44,383 nucleotides of DNA, from contig JALJEE010000548.1 of the NCBI GenBank assembly GCA_023231475.1, forward strand, positions 1 through 44,383, given 5' to 3'. Source of the DNA: Seison nebaliae. Lineage: Eukaryota. Of the stretch, positions 38,017-44,383 are shown piece by piece. How positions within the stretch are numbered: position 1 is the stretch's first letter; each line of letters begins with the position of its first letter. Made by a program: the position numbers and the translations under genes. The notes under the pieces are model-generated. The model saw nothing but the letters and a program-made list of their open reading frames with translations. It ran no database searches and was not told where the DNA came from.

Positions 38017-38719
38017 TTCTGAATCAATTTTAAATTAAATATTTACTTACATTAAACATCTGTTGCATAGTTAATTTTGGAAATGTTGTATTTTATTTAT
38101 TTATTATAAAATCAAATCCCCTTGGGATACATTAAAAAGAAAATAAGATAACTGACATAAAATGAATAAAATTAAATATCTATTTACATTAACAGCTGTT
38201 ACATAGTTAAATGTATACATGATTTTCGTAAAGCAACAAGATTATTACTAGTTGTGGATTATTTTATTATAGGAAGTATTTGTAATTGAGGATCATGGAG
38301 AGTATATCGAATGAAGAAATGAATAACTTACCAACGACCAACGCTATCGAGAATTATGCTCTAGTTAATCCTGAATTGTTTTTACCGCCGCCAATTGATA
38401 TTGTTTCTCCGTTTTATTTTTTGGAATCATTTATCTTTCATTTTCAAAAAAAATATAATTCGGGAAAGATGCACTTCAGATGTGCATTGTTTTTATTTCT
38501 TTTTTGTTTTTTATTACAATAAAATAAATAAATAAGACAATTATACAATATGTTATGTAATGTATAATATAATAATAATAATATAATAAATAATGTAAGA
38601 AAAATTAAGTGGGGTCGTAATCACACAATAATTTACAAAAAGATGACGAAAGCACCGAAATGCTATTGAAGAAGAGTGATAAACTGTCGATTTATGGAAA
38701 ATGCAGTTATGATTTGTAT

Positions 38720-38978
38720 ATAAGGGTGGCGAAAACGCCAAAAATGCATACAAATACGTATAAAAGGGTGGTCAAAACGCCGAAAATACATATAAATTTG
38801 TATAAAAGGGTGGCGAAAACGCCGAAAATATTCAAGCAAGGTGGCGAACTGTCCATTTTAAGAAAATGAAGCTCAGGTTTGTATAAAAGGATGGCGAAAA
38901 CACCAAAAATACATAAGTAGGGTGACGAACTGTCCGAATGAGAGTGGGGAAAAAGGGTGGTGAAATCACCGCATACTA
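38720..38978 (+). repeat. Tandem GGGTGGCGAAAACGCC-type units, transposon end
   Basis: At least 7 GGTGGCGAA-like units, ending GGGTGGTGAAATCACCGCATAC; same family as 39740-40045. Confidence 0.75.
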
Positions 38979-39039
38979 TTTTCTCCTTCTTTTAGCCATT
39001 TTCTATTATGCGCAATAGATTTACAAACATCGCAAGCAA

Positions 39040-39390
39040 ATGGTCGCCACCATCACATGTACGATATGGTGAACCTACCAATTTCGTTTTTGTTGGTAAA
39101 TCGATTCATGCAAGTCGGTATTCAATTGAAGAATTAGAAAAAGAGAACATGTCGTTATTGGATCACCCACCCAGATCTCCAGACCTGAATCCGATTGAAA
39201 ATCTTTGGGGAATTCTTTCTAAAAGAGTTTATCTTGGGACCGACTCTTTTGAGAGAGAGGATCAATTGTGGGATGCAATAAAAACCCAGTGATCAAAAAT
39301 TGAACCCGAAATATGTTCGAATTTAATTGCATCGATGCAAAATCGATATATGGATGTCCTAAAAGAAAAAGGGAAATGGACTAAGTATTA
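39040..39390 (+). pseudogene. Tc1/mariner transposase C-terminal remnant
   Basis: LDHPPRSPDLNPIENLWGIL..QLWDAIKTQ*SKIEPEICSNLIASMQNR..KGKWTKY*. There is a premature TGA at the conserved Trp, and the QDNA motif is lost. Confidence 0.9.
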
Positions 39391-39739
39391 ATTTGTTATT
39401 ATGAAATAAAATATTTCACTTTTTGCTAATTTTTTAGAACTGTCCGAGAATTAACTTAACCTTATTAATTACTAATTAACTAATTTTTGAAAACGAGAAA
39501 TAACTCTTCCCAAAATAACTTATTGTATTTTTTTTTGTATTTATTACGTTCTTCGTACTCCGTAAAAAAACTTAAAACTATTTTATACTATCTTTATTAT
39601 GATGAAAAATACCATGTCCGAGAATCAACTTTACATACTGTATGACTATTTTCAAGATTTTTCCTAAATAAATCTTCCAGATTAAGAAAAAATGAAGATA
39701 GTTCAAGGAAAATAAAATGCATCTTAAAAATAAATATTT

Positions 39740-40045
39740 TTTTTGCCACTCTGTTTTATTAAAAACGGTGATTTCGTCACTTTTTATATATACAAACGGT
39801 GATTTCGCCTCCCGTATCCGATAAAAGAAGGGTGGCGAAATCACCGTTTTTATTAAAACAGGGTGGCGAATTGAACGTTTTCTTACAAAAAGGTGGCGAA
39901 ATCACCGTTTTTGATAAAACAGGGTGGCAAAATCACCGTTTTCCTACAGAAAGGTGGCGAAATCACCGTTTTGTGGGTGGCCAAATCACCGTTTTGAACA
40001 AAACACCGTGGCAAAAAAATAGGGCGGCGAAATCACCATGTACCG
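39740..40045. repeat. Foldback-type array of GGTGGCGAAATCACCG units in both orientations
   Basis: Reverse units CGGTGATTTCGTCAC and CGGTGATTTCGCC at 39766-39810 face about 7 forward units at 39830-40040, ending GGCGAAATCACCATGTACC. Confidence 0.8.
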
Positions 40046-40271
40046 TTGAGGTTACCTTGTAAGTTAAGATAACAATACATAATACCTAACATTGTAAGAC
40101 TTATTGGCCAAACTGTATGCATGGAAGAATTAAAAGGAGCAACACCATCTGAATTTATATACTATCTACTAATAATATACTAATTAAAAATTTAGTGTAC
40201 GTATTTTCATATATTGGTCACTAATGACAATTTAAATTAGAAAAATTTGACAGAAAACAAATAAATAAAAT

Positions 40272-40950
40272 ATAATTGTGTGAGAATATCGGTACTTTCA
40301 AGAATACAATACTTTCCGCTTTATTGCCGTTTGATGTTGAATTTTGTACCGATTGACAAAATTCGTCTGTCCAACAAGTGGTCAGGAAAATGTGTGGATG
40401 TATTGGAGGATATTCAGAGAAATATATATGTAAGCTGAGCTGAACAGTCAATTCTGGCAAGTAAGTATCGGAATCTAGATTCATTCTAGGCGTAGCTACG
40501 TCTAAATGGCCATTTTTGGCTAAAAATGAATTCCCCGGAATTCATTGAGCATGTCCAAGAAGCAACATTTGTTATTAATTTTACTACTACTAATAGTAGC
40601 AGTCGCATCCAATACGCAGAGTACTTTATGTCTGAAAAGACAACAATAATGAGTACACTCGCAATGGTATATGATATTGATTCCGTCGAATACATACAAT
40701 ATTTAGTTGAATGTCTCACTATGAACGGTAGGATAACAGAAGCACAAGATAATACATACGCCGATATGATAAAGGACAGAGCTGCTCTACCTAACTTTGA
40801 AAAACCAAATCTCTTTACCGTTAGCACTATAACGGCAGATAATGTTGAAGTAAAGAGGGAGTCTGTTAACATACCTATGAAAAAGTTTTTGCAAATTTTT
40901 AAGAAATAAGTACCTGGATTGGACATATATGCTCTAACTAGATAAATGCA
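40272..40950 (+). pseudogene. Decayed tandem partial copy of the 3' part of the adjacent secreted-protein gene
   Basis: Aligns by eye to 41929-42585 (shared MSEKTTIMSTLAMVYDIDSVEY), with in-frame stops, deletions and insertions. Confidence 0.9.
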
Positions 40951-41094
40951 CAAGTGTGTTGATGAAAATGAAACAAATAATTTAATTTGTTGAAAAAATG
41001 GTTTGGTATATAAATAGAGCAAAACTGGTCAAACATTTCTAATTCTGTTTTGTTTTGTTTTATCATTTCTTTTAGTTTTATTGTTGAACGACAA

Positions 41095-42579
41095 ATGCTA
41101 TGTTTTATTTTCTTTTTATTCTTCGTGATACAACTCAACGAAAGCACGAATCCTGCCATTTCGGCGCGTCCTAAGGCATCTTATATTTACAACAAGATAT
41201 CTACATGGAAAGAGGGTGAAAAACTAGGACCATATTTACCGTTCATATTACCTCAATTAACTGTAATACCAGTTCCAAATTATGTAAAGGATCCTCTTGA
41301 CCATTTTACGATTCAAATATCCAAATATCCAAATCCACCCAATCTGAAGTATATTGACGAAGCTCAAAAGCGTTTCGCATCGTATTATCGGGAGATGGAT
41401 CATTTTCTTACTTATTTAGTGGCACTAAAACGATCATATCACCTTACATTCGTTTCGTTCGCTGTGAAACTTTTAATGGTGATACTTTCACTTGAAGAAA
41501 CAGTTAAACGTTACGATATTAAATATATGTTTTCAGAGAACCGAACGCATGCTATAACTGAATTACATGGAGTAGTTACTGAATTTAATACTCACTGTTT
41601 GCCGTTCCTCCATCAACATGTCGATCCTAGATCATGGAGCAATCTTAACACAGTAACAGTACAAGAAGTTAATGCAGCACACGGAATGCATACCAACAAA
41701 ATAAAGGGAGAACCACTGTATGTGTATTGTGGTAGAAGAATAATGGATCTGCAATGGGTATATGAAAATCTGTATAATTCAACAATCACCCATATTGAAG
41801 TCTATATGAAAGTAGTTAAAGGGTTCCCACAAGGATTTCGAGGATTTGAGCTAATAGAACCGAATCTTTTTTTTAAATTTAACCGTGATTTCAGAGCTCT
41901 TGGTTTTCATTTAGGGGAGGCAACAAGTATAATTGCGCGAGAATATGAGTACTTTCGAAAATTCAATACTCGAAAGAACCTTCCGCTCTATTATCGTTTG
42001 ATGTTGAATTTTGTACCGATTGAGAATATTGATCTGAGTAACAAGTGGACAAAAGAGAGTGCCGATGTATTAGAGGATATTCAGAGAAATATATATGTAA
42101 GTCGAGCTGAACGTCCATTTTTGGCAAGTAAGTATTGGAACCTACGCCTAAATGGGGAATTCATTGAGCATGTCCAAGAAGCAAAAAAAGATTACAGTTG
42201 GCTGGTTGTTAATTTTACCACTACTAGAACTACCAGTCGTGTTCAATACGTAGAGCAGTTTATGTCTGAAAAAACAACAATAATGAGTACACTCGCAATG
42301 GTATATGATATTGATTCCGTCGAATACGTACAATATTTACTTGAACGTCTCACTATGAACGGTTGGATAACACCAAGAAAACGTCAAACATACTCCGAGA
42401 GAATAAATAATGGAACTGCTCTACCTCATTTAAAACAACCAAACCTCTATACCGTTACAACTACAACACCAGATAATGGTGAATTAAAGAGGAAGATTAT
42501 TTCAACACCTATGAGTAGGTTTTTAAATGTTTGTAAGAAATTTGTATCTGGATTGGGCATAGATGCTCCAACTGAATAG
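41095..42579 (+). CDS. Uncharacterised secreted protein (about 494 aa), single ORF
   Basis: Signal-peptide-like MLCFIFFLFFVIQLNES and a long open frame; a paralogous fragment lies upstream. No family recognised. Confidence 0.8.
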   Translation: MLCFIFFLFFVIQLNESTNPAISARPKASYIYNKISTWKEGEKLGPYLPFILPQLTVIPVPNYVKDPLDHFTIQISKYPNPPNLKYIDEAQKRFASYYREMDHFLTYLVALKRSYHLTFVSFAVKLLMVILSLEETVKRYDIKYMFSENRTHAITELHGVVTEFNTHCLPFLHQHVDPRSWSNLNTVTVQEVNAAHGMHTNKIKGEPLYVYCGRRIMDLQWVYENLYNSTITHIEVYMKVVKGFPQGFRGFELIEPNLFFKFNRDFRALGFHLGEATSIIAREYEYFRKFNTRKNLPLYYRLMLNFVPIENIDLSNKWTKESADVLEDIQRNIYVSRAERPFLASKYWNLRLNGEFIEHVQEAKKDYSWLVVNFTTTRTTSRVQYVEQFMSEKTTIMSTLAMVYDIDSVEYVQYLLERLTMNGWITPRKRQTYSERINNGTALPHLKQPNLYTVTTTTPDNGELKRKIISTPMSRFLNVCKKFVSGLGIDAPTE

Positions 42580-44383
42580 ATGCAAAAATAATCAAAGATA
42601 ATTCAATGTAAAAACTGTCTAATTTAGTTTAATTATAATATCTTTAAAAAAATATAATGTTATCTTATGAGCATATTCATCTATTTCTTTGAAATAAGAG
42701 GGGAAAAAAAGGAACAAGCTGCAGAAAAATTCACTCATTTATCGGAAAAAATATATCATGAAAGATAAAAGAGAAAAAATTAATCTGTAAATTCCTATAC
42801 AGGGACATTTCCAACATCGCACTCGAGCAAAATCCTCAAAACACTCGGCTGACTTTTTCCATCAGGGTTTTGGTAGAAATTAAAGTACGTACAGTCAAGG
42901 AAATAATGATAGTTACTGTAAAGTCTATGTTACTGACAAGGCTTCTAAATTTTTAAGGAACGAAATAAAGATAGGACATATATGAAAAAATTAGTTTTTT
43001 CATTAATATTGAGGTATTTCCCCTTTTGTTCTGAAATGGCTGGGCTCAGGATTTATTTAATTCAAATTCGAATAAACAAATAATAAATGAAGTCAGAAAG
43101 GAGTTCCTTGACGAGAATGGAAAGTACTTATGAATGTAAGCTTGATAGGCTTAGGGGATGAAAGAGATTATTTAGAACTGAAAGATTTAGTAAGACTGTT
43201 GTAAGAACACTTGTTGCTTAGCAACCACAAAGAAGTTATGAAGAGAGGAAGATAAGCTAGGATCACTTTATTTAGGATAAGATGCAAGATGAAAAACGAG
43301 CATATTGATAAGTGATAGAAGATAAAAAGAATATCTTTTGTCTGATGGTCCATTAGGTATAATGGCCATTATTCAAATGAGGGTATAGCGTGTGCCAGCG
43401 GTTATGTTGCAGTCATGTGAGATAGTAATTTGGATAGGAATGAGAGGATAGTGTAAGTTCGCGGTTATGTGTGAGTCGCGAATGAGGGAGTAGTGCGAGA
43501 ATGTGTGTTCTGTGGAGAATATCAGTTTGTGTGTAAGTCTGTATTTTATGTCGTGGCGTCAGTTGTATATTGTATTATTAATATTGTTGTTAATGTGCAT
43601 CATATGACGGGAATGGTAGTTGGAGTTGATAGTAGCTTAATTACAGCTGTTGTCCATCCTATATGAACATACGGAAATGAGGGGAAGCGGAAGTATGAGA
43701 CGGAAAGAAGGTGGATGACGTATGGAATGATTTTAAATGGATTGGAGATGAGACGTAAATAGAGGAATAACGGAAGAGGTAAAAACTATATAGAATATCT
43801 GCAGTAAAAGTATAATTCTTCGAATGAAAGATAAAACTAAATTGGTATGAATTCCCTTCTTCGCTAGTAGTTTGATGATTATAGTATTTTGGTCTCTGCT
43901 TAAATAGTTGAATTATGGTCGTTAATCATTTATGGTCTGGCGAACGTATCTTGTGAATAGATGTGGTTAGGTGGTAAGAATGTGTGGGTAAAGTTTAGGG
44001 AGAATGTATTGATAAGTAGAGATTATGTGCGAGGAGTTGATATTACGTTTAGACTTATCGATATTATTTATGATAGTTTTATAGTTCTCATTTTATCGGT
44101 TCCACAGATGGTGATCGATGAGTGACGGTTGTGGTTGGTAACGTAATATAGTCCATTATATATATAGGTTAAAAGATGATTGATAGCCCATTGAACGTAG
44201 AGTAAAGGATAAAATATTAGGGTCATTAAGCACAGCACTACAATTATTTAGAAACAGAAATTGAGTAAAAAAACAGAACAGAAAATACAAAAATCACAAT
44301 TTTCACTTGAGTTTATTGAACTTTTAGCTTTTATGTTGAATTAGTGGCGTTCATTGTTGATTTATTTTTAATAGGGAAACACC

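Noticed and set aside
37722..40045. Spaced repeats as CRISPR arrays
   Set aside because: Eukaryotic context, short degenerate units, no cas genes; better explained as transposon subterminal repeats.
42890..42985. TA-CAGTCAAGGAAATAATGATAG as a Tc1-like TIR
   Set aside because: No partner inverted repeat or transposase nearby in the window.
1..44383. Alternative genetic code or stop-codon readthrough to explain fragmented ORFs; tRNA/snRNA genes
   Set aside because: Short GTT..AG introns account for the breaks in conserved genes, and TAA, TAG and TGA all terminate genes. I recognised no structured RNA gene by eye, though a covariance-model search was not possible.

Overview
AT-rich, gene-dense eukaryotic (animal) genomic window with many short spliceosomal introns, mostly 39-60 nt. 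It contains spliced genes for OGDH, RNase T2, a divergent ionotropic glutamate receptor, PIG-U, Tom70, a 4-TM claudin-like protein, a CUB-domain membrane receptor and a small coiled-coil protein. It also has unspliced CDSs for a triple-FLYWCH protein, a 1489-aa orphan and a secreted orphan with a decayed tandem partial copy. Transposon debris (Tc1/mariner, hAT, LINE endonuclease, LTR-type integrase, MITE and foldback ends) sits at the left edge, near 20 kb and across 36.5-40.1 kb. The most striking signal is the splice code: all 38 coding introns I reconstructed by hand start GTT rather than GTA/GTG, have no +4 to +6 consensus, and six end in AAG, while a perfect GTAAGT inside a PIG-U exon appears unused. 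This suggests a lineage with rewired 5' splice-site recognition. All gene models are manual, without RNA data. The organism cannot be determined from this window; a compact-genome invertebrate is my inference.
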